Shown here piece by piece: positions 52,622 through 61,827 of a stretch of DNA of 64,000 nucleotides (positions are counted from its first letter, which is position 1; every line of letters starts with the position of its first letter). Made by a program: the position numbers and the translations under genes. The stretch lies in NCBI GenBank assembly GCA_050293885.1, contig JBNKNO010000008.1, positions 21,857 to 85,856 of the forward strand, given 5' to 3'. Under the pieces are notes generated by a model, which did no database searches, was not told the origin of the DNA, and saw only the letters and a list, made by a program, of their open reading frames with translations. Origin of the DNA: Rhodocyclaceae bacterium (GTDB lineage: Bacteria > Pseudomonadota > Gammaproteobacteria > Burkholderiales > Rhodocyclaceae).

Positions 52622-52730
52622 GAGATCGGGCATCCACAAGGCAAGACCCCGGCATTCTAGCCCAGCGAAATGCATGAGTCCCATGTAAGTTCCGGCACGC
52701 CGCCCGGGTCTAAGCATTCAGGAGGGCACA

Positions 52731-53252
52731 TTGATGCTGCTTGGGCTGGGCAAACGACGGGAATTCGATCAGGTGGTGCGCGCCTACAGCGGCGACATGT
52801 ACCGATTTGCTTTCTGGCTGTGCGGCGACCGCTTCGTGGCCGAGGATCTGGTACAGGAAGCCTTCGCACGCGGCTGGCGCAACTGGGAACAGCTACGCGA
52901 CAAGTCGGCCCCCAAACCCTGGCTGCTGACCATCCTGCGCAACGAACATGCGCGGCTGTACGAACGCAAACGTCTCGACATGGTGGATGCGGCCCCGGAG
53001 GATCTGGCCATTGCCGCCGAAGACAATCCGCTGGAAATGCTGGAACTGGAACAAGTGATCGATCGATTGCCCCTGTCTTTACGGGAGCCCTTCCTGCTGC
53101 AGACCCTGGGGGGATTCAGCTGCGCCGAGATCGCCGGCCAGCTCGACACCACCGAAGGGGCCGTGATGGTCCGCCTGACCCGGGCGCGCCAGGCGCTGCG
53201 CGGTATTCTCGAGGGCGCAACAGGCAACGCGAGACAGGGAGCCGCTCGATGA
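52731..53252 (+). CDS. ECF-type RNA polymerase sigma factor
   Basis: 173 aa; region 2 DLVQEAFARGW, region 4 SCAEIAGQLDTTEGAVMVRLTRARQAL. Confidence 0.85.
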   Translation: MMLLGLGKRREFDQVVRAYSGDMYRFAFWLCGDRFVAEDLVQEAFARGWRNWEQLRDKSAPKPWLLTILRNEHARLYERKRLDMVDAAPEDLAIAAEDNPLEMLELEQVIDRLPLSLREPFLLQTLGGFSCAEIAGQLDTTEGAVMVRLTRARQALRGILEGATGNARQGAAR

Positions 53253-53959
53253 ACGCAAGCACTCACATCTACACCTGCCTCGATCTTCGACGCGACAAGC
53301 TGGCCGACCCGACGCGCTTGCCGGCCGCGGCCGAGGCCCATCTGACCCACTGCGAGCAATGCCGCGCCTTTGCCCGCCGCATCGACACGCTGGAACAACG
53401 CGCGGCCCAGGTGCTTGCCGTCCCTGTGCCCGACGGGCTGTCGGAGCGGGTATTGCTACGTGTCCATCGCAACGTGAAACGCCCGTGGAAGCTGTGGGCA
53501 CTGGCCGCCTGCTTCATCATGAGCTTCGGCATCGGCACCCGGCAGTGGCAACCACGCGAGGAAACGGATTACGCGCGCTTGGCCATCAACCACGTGATGC
53601 ACGAACCGGAGGCCTTGTCCGAGCACCGGCTGGCCGATCCGGCGCGATTCCGCACCGTGCTGGCCAACTTCGGTGGCGAGCTGTCGGCCCCGCTCGGCAC
53701 GATTCGCTACATGCGACTGTGCCCGGTCCCCCACGGCACCGGCTGGCACATCGTGATTGACACCGAAGCGGGCCCGGCCACCTTGCTGCTCATTCCCGGC
53801 ATGCAACTGTCCGGCGCGGTACTCGACGCGAAATTCGGCGGATTGACGGCACGCGCGCTACCGGGCGGCCAAGGCTACTACGCCATCGTCGCCGAGACGC
53901 CGCGGATCGTCGATGCCGTGGAAAAACTGATCAGCCAGCGGGTGCGCTGGCGCACCTGA
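53249..53959 (+). CDS. Membrane anti-sigma factor, zinc-binding (HxxxCxxC) N-terminus, DUF3379-like
   Basis: ATG 53249 overlaps the sigma stop (ATGA). Motif AHLTHCEQC; one TM segment (WKLWALAACFIMSFGIG); periplasmic C-terminal domain. Confidence 0.7.
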   Translation: MNASTHIYTCLDLRRDKLADPTRLPAAAEAHLTHCEQCRAFARRIDTLEQRAAQVLAVPVPDGLSERVLLRVHRNVKRPWKLWALAACFIMSFGIGTRQWQPREETDYARLAINHVMHEPEALSEHRLADPARFRTVLANFGGELSAPLGTIRYMRLCPVPHGTGWHIVIDTEAGPATLLLIPGMQLSGAVLDAKFGGLTARALPGGQGYYAIVAETPRIVDAVEKLISQRVRWRT

Positions 53960-53966
53960 GTGCGGC

Positions 53967-56105
53967 TTACGCCTCGGAACGCACCAGCAGCGTCGCGTTC
54001 GGCAGACCGACCGCCAGCACCTTGCAGAATTCGTCCGCCGGCATGGGGCGGGCGAACAGATAGCCTTGCATGACCGGACAGCCCTCGGCTTGCAGTACCC
54101 GCGCCTGCTCAACCGTCTCGACGCCTTCCGCCACCAGACCGATCCCCAGACTCTGCGCCATGGCGATGATGGCCCTCACGATGGCGGGGTCGTCCTGCGC
54201 GCCGTCGCAGTCCTGCACGAAGGAGCGGTCGATCTTGAGAATGTTGACCGCGAAGCGCTTGAGGTAGGCCAGCGAGGAATAGCCGGTACCGAAATCGTCC
54301 ACCGCCAGCGACAAACCGGCGTCATGCAACTGCGCAATCACTTCAGCGGTCGAGCGGCTGTCGCGCATCAGCGCCGATTCGGTGACTTCGAGCTCGATCA
54401 GCGACGGGTCGGTGCGGGTCAGTGCGAGCGTGCCGCGAATCTGCTCCAGCAGATCCTGCCGCCCAAACTGGCTGGCCGACAGGTTGACCGCGACCGGCAC
54501 CACCTCGACCCCGGTCTCGCGCCAGACTGCCAGATCGTCACAGGCGCGACGCAGTACCCACTGCCCCAACTGGCTGATGAGACCGATCTCCTCGACCAGC
54601 GGGATGAAGGCATCGGGGCCAATCACGCCGTCGGTCGGATGCATCCAGCGGATCAAGGCCTCGCAGCCGATGATGCGGCCGCTGTCGGCATCCACCTTCG
54701 GCTGGTAGAGCAGATTGAATTGTTCCTGCTCGACGGCGACACGCAAGGCGTTTTCCATCGACAGCCGGGCAAAGGCATCGACCTTCATGCGCTCCGTGTA
54801 GCACTGGATGCTGTCGAGTGCGTCACGTCGGCGTAAGGCGCCCAGCGCCATTTCGGCGGACTTGAGCAACACTTCGGCGCTTTCGCCGTGTTCGGGAAAG
54901 AACGCCAGGCCGGCACTCAGGGTGACGGTGAGCGATTGCTCACCCAGCTGCACCGGCGAACTGGCACGGCGCAGTAGCGCATGCACTTCGCTCTCGACCT
55001 TCTCACGCCCGAGTGCGCCCTCGAGGAACAGACCGAAGTTGTCGGCGCTGAGACGCGCCATCCGCGGCGCGTCCATGCTCTGCGGACTGGCGCCATCGGC
55101 ACCGGCACTGCCATAACCCTGCCCCAAGCGCACCGCGAGCACCTGCAACACTTGATCGGCCATGTCCTGGCCGAGGGTTTCGTTGATGCGCTTGAAGCGA
55201 TCGACGTTGATCAACACCACCGCGCAGTGCCCGCCGCGTGAGCTCTCGCGCATGAGCGCCGATTGCAGCGCCTCGCGAAAATGTGCCCGATTGGGCAGAC
55301 CGGTGAGGTCGTCGAAGTAGGCGAGTTGTCGAATGCGGCGTTCCGCGTCGACACGCTCGGAAATGTCCTGCAGCGTCCCCTGCACACTGATCACGCGCCC
55401 GGCATCGTCGAGCACCGGCACCGCCACCTCGTGCGCGGTGCCGACCATGCCATCGGGCCGCACGATGCGGTACTCGAGCGTGTAGCGCTGGCCACCGCGC
55501 ACGCCGTCGATGGCCTCGCGCAACTTGGCGCGATCGGCCGGATAGACCCGCTCGAACAGCGCCGCCATGCTGGCGCCGAAACTCTCGGCGCTCTCGCCAA
55601 ACAGCGCGCAGTAGGTGTCGGAGCGATGGCAGCGATCATTGGCCAGATCCCACTCCCAGCTGCCGATACGGGCAATCTGTTGTGCCGAGCGCAGATTGCT
55701 TTCGCTCGTGACCAGCTCGTCCATCGCCGCCGCCGCCCGCAGGGCGTAGCGCACCCGATGGCGCAGCAGCGACCAGTTGATGGGTTTGGAGATGAAATCG
55801 GTGGCGCCACTGTCGTACGCCCGCTCGATGGAGGCCGTGTCTTCCAGGCCGGTGAGCATGATGATGGGCTCGCGCGCACCCCGTTCGCGCAGGATGCCGC
55901 AGGCCTCGAATCCGTCCATCCCGGGCATCATCACGTCGAGCAGAATGAGATCGGGCCGCTGCTCGGCATAGGCGTCAAGACCCGCCTGCCCGTCAGCGGC
56001 TTCGGAGACGGCAAAGCCCGCTTCTTCGAGTGCAGCGCAGGCAAGCATTCGATTGACGTCGTCATCATCGACGACCAGCAGCCGGGTTGTCTCGGTGTTC
56101 GTCAT
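53967..56105 (-). CDS. Response regulator REC-PAS-degenerate GGDEF-EAL (predicted phosphodiesterase output)
   Basis: REC LVVDDDDVN / ILLDVMMPGMDG / MLTG / SKPI. PAS. GGDEF signature replaced by SADNF, and GH..GD by GQ..AD. EAL blocks EALIRW, ELEVTES, DDFGTGYSSLAYL, KIDRSFV, QGYLFARP. Confidence 0.9.
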   Translation of the reverse strand: MTNTETTRLLVVDDDDVNRMLACAALEEAGFAVSEAADGQAGLDAYAEQRPDLILLDVMMPGMDGFEACGILRERGAREPIIMLTGLEDTASIERAYDSGATDFISKPINWSLLRHRVRYALRAAAAMDELVTSESNLRSAQQIARIGSWEWDLANDRCHRSDTYCALFGESAESFGASMAALFERVYPADRAKLREAIDGVRGGQRYTLEYRIVRPDGMVGTAHEVAVPVLDDAGRVISVQGTLQDISERVDAERRIRQLAYFDDLTGLPNRAHFREALQSALMRESSRGGHCAVVLINVDRFKRINETLGQDMADQVLQVLAVRLGQGYGSAGADGASPQSMDAPRMARLSADNFGLFLEGALGREKVESEVHALLRRASSPVQLGEQSLTVTLSAGLAFFPEHGESAEVLLKSAEMALGALRRRDALDSIQCYTERMKVDAFARLSMENALRVAVEQEQFNLLYQPKVDADSGRIIGCEALIRWMHPTDGVIGPDAFIPLVEEIGLISQLGQWVLRRACDDLAVWRETGVEVVPVAVNLSASQFGRQDLLEQIRGTLALTRTDPSLIELEVTESALMRDSRSTAEVIAQLHDAGLSLAVDDFGTGYSSLAYLKRFAVNILKIDRSFVQDCDGAQDDPAIVRAIIAMAQSLGIGLVAEGVETVEQARVLQAEGCPVMQGYLFARPMPADEFCKVLAVGLPNATLLVRSEA

Positions 56106-58906
56106 TCAGCGTTTCCTCTCGCAGGCGATGTTACTCGATCCAGTGAAAAACCACTCGCTTCCATTGCATCGGCATATGCCTCGAAGGACAGGCGCATGGT
56201 ATCCACGACCCCCACGACCTCATCCATTTGCTGCTGCTTGAGTTGCGCATCGAGCTCACGCGCCTGGCTGGCCAGACGGACCGCACCCACCGCCGCGGCG
56301 GCGGATTTCATCTTGTGTGCATGGCGCTGGGCCTGCTCGGCGTCGCGATGCGCGACCGCCTGCTGCAACGCATCGAACTGCGCCGCCGTCTCGCGCATGA
56401 ACAGGCTCACCAATCGCTTCAGCAAGGGCGCATCCATGTTGCCATTGACCCCCGGCACGCCAAGCAGCACCGCCTTGTCGAACGCGGGCAGCTCGTCCTG
56501 CGGGGCATTGACGTCGGGCGCAGCCACCGGCGCCGCGTCGATGGCCGGGGCCGGCGGCACGCTGTCAGCGACGACCTCGACCGTCTCCACGCCGGTCAAC
56601 CAGTGCGCCAGCGTCGCGCGCAAGCGCTCGCCCGTGACCGGCTTGGTCAGATAATCGTCCATGCCGGCACTCAAGGCGTCGCTGCGATCGTCGCGCAAGG
56701 CATTGGCCGTCAGCGCAATGATGGGCACACGCTGGTGACCACTCTCGCGCTCGATCACCCGGATCTTCTGTGTCGCCTCGATACCGTCCATCTCGGGCAT
56801 CTGGATATCCATGAGCACCAGATCGAAAGCGCCGCTTTGATACGCCGCCACCGCTTCGCGCCCGTTGTTCGCGACCGTCACCCGACAACCGCATTCGCCC
56901 AGTAGCGCACAGACGATTTCCGCGTTGACCGGGTGATCTTCGGCGACCAGCACACGGGCATCGGTGCGAATGCCCACCGGCCGGCCCCGCCGCGACGCGC
57001 CCGACGACGCGGCCTTGCCCTGCAGCGCGCTGACCAGATCGCCCTGCAGCACCGGCTTGGACAAACAAACCGTGGCCCCGGACTGACACGCATCCGCCGC
57101 CTCGCCGGCAGAACGCAGCCGGGTCAGCGCCACCACGCGCGACACCAAGCCCTGCAGGCTGGCCAGACGCGCGTGCGCCGCCTCGCCTGACAGCTCGCCA
57201 TCCACCAACAACACGTCCAGGTGCCCACCGTCCTCGAGCGCCTGGCGCACCGCGCGCTCATCGTCAAACGCGGTGGCCTCGCATCCGAGCGCAGACACTT
57301 GCGACACAAGCGCCGATCGCTGCGCAGGCAGCCCGCCCACGACGCCGACCTTTTGCGCCGGCACGTCCGGCCGCTCGGCGGGCGCACGCAATTCGGCAGC
57401 GATGTCGAAACTGAAGCACGCCCCCTGCCCCTCTTCGCTGCACACCACCAGTTCGCCCCCCATCAGTTCGACCAGCTGACGGGAGATGGCCAGGCCCAGA
57501 CCGGTGCCCCCATAGCGCCGCGCCATCGAGCTATCCGCCTGGGAAAAGGCCTGAAACAGACGCGGCTGCATGTCGGCGGGGATGCCGATGCCCGAATCTT
57601 CGACCCGCCCCTTCAGTTGCACATGCTTGCCCGCAAGCTGTGCATCGAGATCGATCCGTATATGCCCGCTGGTGGTGAACTTGACCGCATTGGAGACCAG
57701 ATTGTTGAGCACCTGGCGGAAGCGGTGACCATCGGCGCGAACACAGTCCGGCACATCGGGCGACACCGTCAGGATCAGCTCGACCCCTTTTTGCTGCGCG
57801 CGTTCGGCGAACAGCAAGGCAACGTCCTCGACGGCTCGCCGGGGAGAGAAGTCGACCGGATCGAGATCCAGCTTGCCGGCCTCGATCTTGGACACATCGA
57901 GCACATCGTTGATGAGGTACAGGAGCGATTCGGCCGAACCGTGCAGCGTGTCGATCATGCGCAACTGACGCTCGTTCACCGGTGTATTGCGCAGCAGCTC
58001 GACCATGCCGAGCACGCCGTTCATCGGGGTACGAATCTCATGGCTCATGTTGGCCAGGAAGAGACTTTTCGCCTTGCTGGCGGCCTGCGCCTCGTCACGC
58101 GCCAGATCCGCTTCCTCCTTGGCGGCAGACAACTCTTCGGTGCGGTGCGCCACTTCGATTTCGAGCCGATCGCGATGTGCAGCCAGGGCCGCGTCGCGCG
58201 CTTCGATCTCGGTCAACATGCTGTTGACGCCATCGATCAGCTCGCCGACCTCGTCCCGCGGGCCGGCCGGCGCCCGCAAGTCGTAACGGCCGAGGTTACG
58301 CACGTCGCGCACCATGGCGGCAAGATGCAGAATGGGGCTCACGATCGACTGCTCCGCGCGGCGCACCAGCATGGTGGCCAGTAGCGCACCGACGACCAGA
58401 CCCGCACACGCGAGCAACATCCACTCGACCAGCGCACTGATCGTGCTGGCCAACGAGATGTCGAGCACCAGATAGCCCAGCTGCTCGCCATCGTGCACCA
58501 CCGGCCACGACCGCGTGTAGCGCGGGAAGTGCCAGCTGCCTTCAGACTGATGGCGCAGGTCGACCAGGCGTGCAAAGTTGTTGTCGGTCTGCGCAAGGGC
58601 GGCAGGATAGGTCGCGAAAACCCGACCGTCGTTGCGCAACAGCGCCGCCGCGCGAATGTCCTCGACATGACGCAACGAGCCGAGCAAGCGCTCCGCGTTG
58701 TCCACGTCCTCGAAACGCATCGGCGCGGCGCCGTTTTCGACCACCAGCTCGGCGTAGATGTTGGCTTGCCCCTCGATCCGGCCGAACTCCTGGCGGAACT
58801 CGTTGCTCACGACCGTCAAGAAACTCATGCCCAGCGCCACCGCGATACCGACGAGCACGATGGCGCGCAGCTTGTGACCCAATGAACGGTCGCGAAAACT
58901 CAGCAT
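56102..58906 (-). CDS. Unorthodox hybrid sensor kinase (TM-periplasmic-TM-HAMP, HisKA, HATPase, pseudo-REC, REC, Hpt)
   Basis: 934 aa from ATG 58906 (the track ORF has a 56-aa extension). H-box [55 protein letters not shown] / [12 protein letters not shown] / YLTKPV. Hpt [17 protein letters not shown] overlap with the downstream regulator. Confidence 0.9.
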   Translation of the reverse strand: MLSFRDRSLGHKLRAIVLVGIAVALGMSFLTVVSNEFRQEFGRIEGQANIYAELVVENGAAPMRFEDVDNAERLLGSLRHVEDIRAAALLRNDGRVFATYPAALAQTDNNFARLVDLRHQSEGSWHFPRYTRSWPVVHDGEQLGYLVLDISLASTISALVEWMLLACAGLVVGALLATMLVRRAEQSIVSPILHLAAMVRDVRNLGRYDLRAPAGPRDEVGELIDGVNSMLTEIEARDAALAAHRDRLEIEVAHRTEELSAAKEEADLARDEAQAASKAKSLFLANMSHEIRTPMNGVLGMVELLRNTPVNERQLRMIDTLHGSAESLLYLINDVLDVSKIEAGKLDLDPVDFSPRRAVEDVALLFAERAQQKGVELILTVSPDVPDCVRADGHRFRQVLNNLVSNAVKFTTSGHIRIDLDAQLAGKHVQLKGRVEDSGIGIPADMQPRLFQAFSQADSSMARRYGGTGLGLAISRQLVELMGGELVVCSEEGQGACFSFDIAAELRAPAERPDVPAQKVGVVGGLPAQRSALVSQVSALGCEATAFDDERAVRQALEDGGHLDVLLVDGELSGEAAHARLASLQGLVSRVVALTRLRSAGEAADACQSGATVCLSKPVLQGDLVSALQGKAASSGASRRGRPVGIRTDARVLVAEDHPVNAEIVCALLGECGCRVTVANNGREAVAAYQSGAFDLVLMDIQMPEMDGIEATQKIRVIERESGHQRVPIIALTANALRDDRSDALSAGMDDYLTKPVTGERLRATLAHWLTGVETVEVVADSVPPAPAIDAAPVAAPDVNAPQDELPAFDKAVLLGVPGVNGNMDAPLLKRLVSLFMRETAAQFDALQQAVAHRDAEQAQRHAHKMKSAAAAVGAVRLASQARELDAQLKQQQMDEVVGVVDTMRLSFEAYADAMEASGFSLDRVTSPARGNAE

Positions 58907-58907
58907 C

Positions 58908-59441
58908 TCACGCCCCCCCATCGCCCAACAGGCGCCGCGCCAGTTTGAGCAGCTGGGCACTGAGCTTGAGCTTGTCGCGACGCAGGGTGTCACGGTTGAT
59001 GTCGAAGCGCACCCGATCATCCTGGGTGACGAAGCCGATGGCGCCACCGGCTTCGACAAATCCCTCGATGTCACTCACCGTCAACACGGGCGTGCCCGCC
59101 AGATCTCGGAGGATGACATTCAGCCGGCGCTGTTCGGAGGCGGCGATGAACACCACCTTGCATGCACCGGCATCGGCGGGTGATTCGAGATAGCGCACGC
59201 GCACCGCATGCCCTTGGGCCTGCCTCGATTCGAGCCCGGCGAGATGGGGGCCGAAGGGATCGCGCCCCAGCACGCAGATGTCGATCGCCTCATCGCCAGG
59301 CAAGGTCGCCTCGGGCCACGTCGTGTAACGCGCGAAATTGAGCAGAAAGACCGCCTTGAGCTGATACTCGGTAGGCGCAGCCTGCAGCGGTCGCACGCAC
59401 GAGAACAGCAGCAGGAACGAAAGAAGGACGCGCAAGAGCAT
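58908..59441 (-). CDS. YfiR-family (DUF4154) periplasmic protein
   Basis: 177 aa, signal peptide MLLRVLLSFLLLFSCVRPLQA, family signature LKAVFLLNFARYTTWP. Its stop lies 1 nt before the kinase ATG. Confidence 0.7.
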   Translation of the reverse strand: MLLRVLLSFLLLFSCVRPLQAAPTEYQLKAVFLLNFARYTTWPEATLPGDEAIDICVLGRDPFGPHLAGLESRQAQGHAVRVRYLESPADAGACKVVFIAASEQRRLNVILRDLAGTPVLTVSDIEGFVEAGGAIGFVTQDDRVRFDINRDTLRRDKLKLSAQLLKLARRLLGDGGA

Positions 59442-59585
59442 GCTCAGAAATGCCTACGCACGGTTGCGGTGTCGGCTGCGCTCAAACGACGCGACACCCG
59501 CCGCCCATGGCAAGCAATGGACAGCCGCCTGAACCCCCGAAACAGGTCATTGCGCAGGTCGATCATCGTCGCGTCCACGTATGGC

Positions 59586-61607
59586 TCAGTCGAAAGACCA
59601 CTGCCCGGTCAAGTGGATACTCCGTTCAATCTCCCGGATGGCGGCGGGCATGTAGTCGCGCCCGAACTCGGCATGGCGCGCATCCAGCAAATTGCGCCCG
59701 ACCAGCGAAAAAGTCAGTTTCGACGAATAGCGCCAAGCATATCCGACATCCATTTCCGTATATGACTCAGGAATATCGGAATCCTGTTCCTGCCGAATCA
59801 GATCGCTCACATGGCGAACGATCACGTCTAGCGCATGGCCGGACATCGGCTTCCAGGTGACGTGGGCACTGAACTGGTTCTTGGGCACACGCTCCATGTA
59901 GGAATGCGATGCGCTGTCGGCGAAGATGTCGCCCGATTCGATGACGCGGGTATTCAAGTGTGAATAGGCCAAGCGCGCGCGCCAACGCGTGGAGGGCTGC
60001 CAGTCGAGCGACATTTCGTGCCCACTGACACTGCCCTGCCCCTCAAAGGACATGGAACTGTCGGAAATCACCCAGGGGCTGGACAAAGCCGGCACGCCAT
60101 CGACAACAATGGTCCGCAGATTTCGATAGCGCATGTAGAAGGCGGTGACATCGAAATGGACCGTCTCGACCGGCTGGCCGCGATAGCCCAGTTCGAACGA
60201 ACGGACCCGCTCCGCTTTCATGTTGTCGGCACTGGAAATCCTCGCGAGCAAATACGGCGGGGTGGCCTTGAGCACGAACGGGGAATATTGCGCGTCGAAC
60301 TCGATGCGCGCCGGCGTGCGCGAGGCCTCGGAAATGGCCCCCCAGATCAGGTGGCTGGGTGCCACCTGCCAGGCGAGGCGGACGTTCGGCTGCCACTCGT
60401 TGCCGGTCCACGTGTGATGTTCGAATTTCAATCCGGCCGTCAACGTCAGGGTATCCGGAACGAGCGCATATTCGTCATGCACAAAGGCACTGACGAGGCC
60501 GAAACGACGGCGCGCCTGCTCGAGGGTAAAGAAGCCGTTGCCGCGGACGGCCTGGTCGTTGTAGCGCAAGCCCCCACCCAGAATGATGTCGTGTGCTCCG
60601 TGCGCAAAGCGGTACTGGCCATCGACATCGACCGTGGTGCGGCTTTCGCTGAGCAGATCACCCACTTGTTGGTCCACATATTGCACGCTGCTCTGAAGCG
60701 ACCACTCGCTGCCATCGTCACGCACACGATTGAGGCCGACGGTCAACGCCGCGCCACGATCCTGCTGCACGAAGCCGGTGCCGCGCACGCCCCCCGGCGC
60801 AGTCGCGTCGGGCAGATACCAGTAGTCTTCGCTGTCGTTGCTGAACACATCCCCTTTAACGCTGATTTCGCCCAGATCGTTGACGAAACGTTCCATGCGG
60901 AAACCGATCCGGTGCGTGCGCCAGCCATCTTCGCCACCGTCACCACGGGCAATGTGCGAGCTTTCCCGGTCGCGCCCGTGATAGCTGAGCCGGTAGTGGC
61001 CATCTTCGAGCCGCCCGCCATGACGGGCATACAGCACGCCGTGGTCTTCCGACCCGACGGTGAGCTGGACTTCGTTGCCCTGGGTAGCTCGCGCCCATTT
61101 GGTGATGATGTTGACGATGCCGTTGACGGCGTTGGCGCCCCAGATCGACGCACCGGGACCGCGAATCACTTCGATGCGGTCCACTTCGGCCAGCGGAATG
61201 TCGAGCGCTTCCCAATAGGTGCCGGAAAAAAGCGACGAATAGACCGTGCGCCCATCGACCATCACCAGCAGACTGTTGGCAAAACGTCCGTTGAATCCAC
61301 GTACCGACACCGCCCAGCGGTTGTTGCTCATGGCGGCCACCTGCACCCCCGGCACCAGGCGCAGGGCATCCGGCAGCGTCGTCACCCCCATACGGGCGAT
61401 ATCTTCCGCACTCACCACGTGCACCGCGGCGGCAACGTTGCCGATCTCCTGCCGCTTGCGGGCCACGGAAATCACCTCCTGCGTCACCAACTCCCCCAAG
61501 GAAAAATCCAGTGGGTCGAGCTCGGCCGCCGCGACGGACCCCGTCAACAGCATGGCAACGAGCCACACCGCCCCCCTTGCCATGCCAACACTGCACGCCT
61601 TAGGCAT
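59586..61607 (-). CDS. TonB-dependent outer-membrane receptor
   Basis: 673 aa; signal peptide; plug motifs TLPDALRLVPGVQV, NRWAVSVRGFNG, VMVDGRTVYS, IEVIRGPGASIWGANAVNGIVNIITK; C-terminal beta-barrel. Confidence 0.9.
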   Translation of the reverse strand: MPKACSVGMARGAVWLVAMLLTGSVAAAELDPLDFSLGELVTQEVISVARKRQEIGNVAAAVHVVSAEDIARMGVTTLPDALRLVPGVQVAAMSNNRWAVSVRGFNGRFANSLLVMVDGRTVYSSLFSGTYWEALDIPLAEVDRIEVIRGPGASIWGANAVNGIVNIITKWARATQGNEVQLTVGSEDHGVLYARHGGRLEDGHYRLSYHGRDRESSHIARGDGGEDGWRTHRIGFRMERFVNDLGEISVKGDVFSNDSEDYWYLPDATAPGGVRGTGFVQQDRGAALTVGLNRVRDDGSEWSLQSSVQYVDQQVGDLLSESRTTVDVDGQYRFAHGAHDIILGGGLRYNDQAVRGNGFFTLEQARRRFGLVSAFVHDEYALVPDTLTLTAGLKFEHHTWTGNEWQPNVRLAWQVAPSHLIWGAISEASRTPARIEFDAQYSPFVLKATPPYLLARISSADNMKAERVRSFELGYRGQPVETVHFDVTAFYMRYRNLRTIVVDGVPALSSPWVISDSSMSFEGQGSVSGHEMSLDWQPSTRWRARLAYSHLNTRVIESGDIFADSASHSYMERVPKNQFSAHVTWKPMSGHALDVIVRHVSDLIRQEQDSDIPESYTEMDVGYAWRYSSKLTFSLVGRNLLDARHAEFGRDYMPAAIREIERSIHLTGQWSFD

Positions 61608-61827
61608 CGTCTAATCCTGATATCACTCGGACATTCGGCCCGGTTTCACAAGTCTTCCGGCAATACACGCACGAAGACCACACAGAAAATACTATCGGCA
61701 TTCGCCGTTGTCCCTTTAGACACGATGTCCCCCGTTGCCGTCAAGCCAGATGTCGCCCGAAACAGGCGCACGGCAAAACGAGTGGCTTCCGCTACAATTT
61801 CGGCTTTGCCCTATCGGTTCACACCCC

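Noticed and set aside
48785-52660. 563-aa and 726-aa + strand ORFs antisense to hrpA and crcB
   Set aside because: Same reasoning: hrpA helicase motifs are on the minus strand, and the antisense frames lack any family signature.
52622-52730. Fluoride riboswitch expected upstream of crcB
   Set aside because: On the minus-strand leader I find none of the conserved crcB-motif elements (GGCGATG..., AACYGCC, GCTGATGR). Many betaproteobacterial crcB genes lack the riboswitch.
61608-61734. Possible cobalamin riboswitch in the leader of the TonB-dependent receptor (gggacaacggcgaatgccg and gccggaagacttg vaguely resemble the GGGAA..GGTG..AA core and B12 box)
   Set aside because: The B12 box (AGYCMGGAGACCTGCC) and the GGTAAGG-type junction elements are missing, and the stems are too short. 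The resemblance is superficial. An Infernal scan with RF00174 would settle it.
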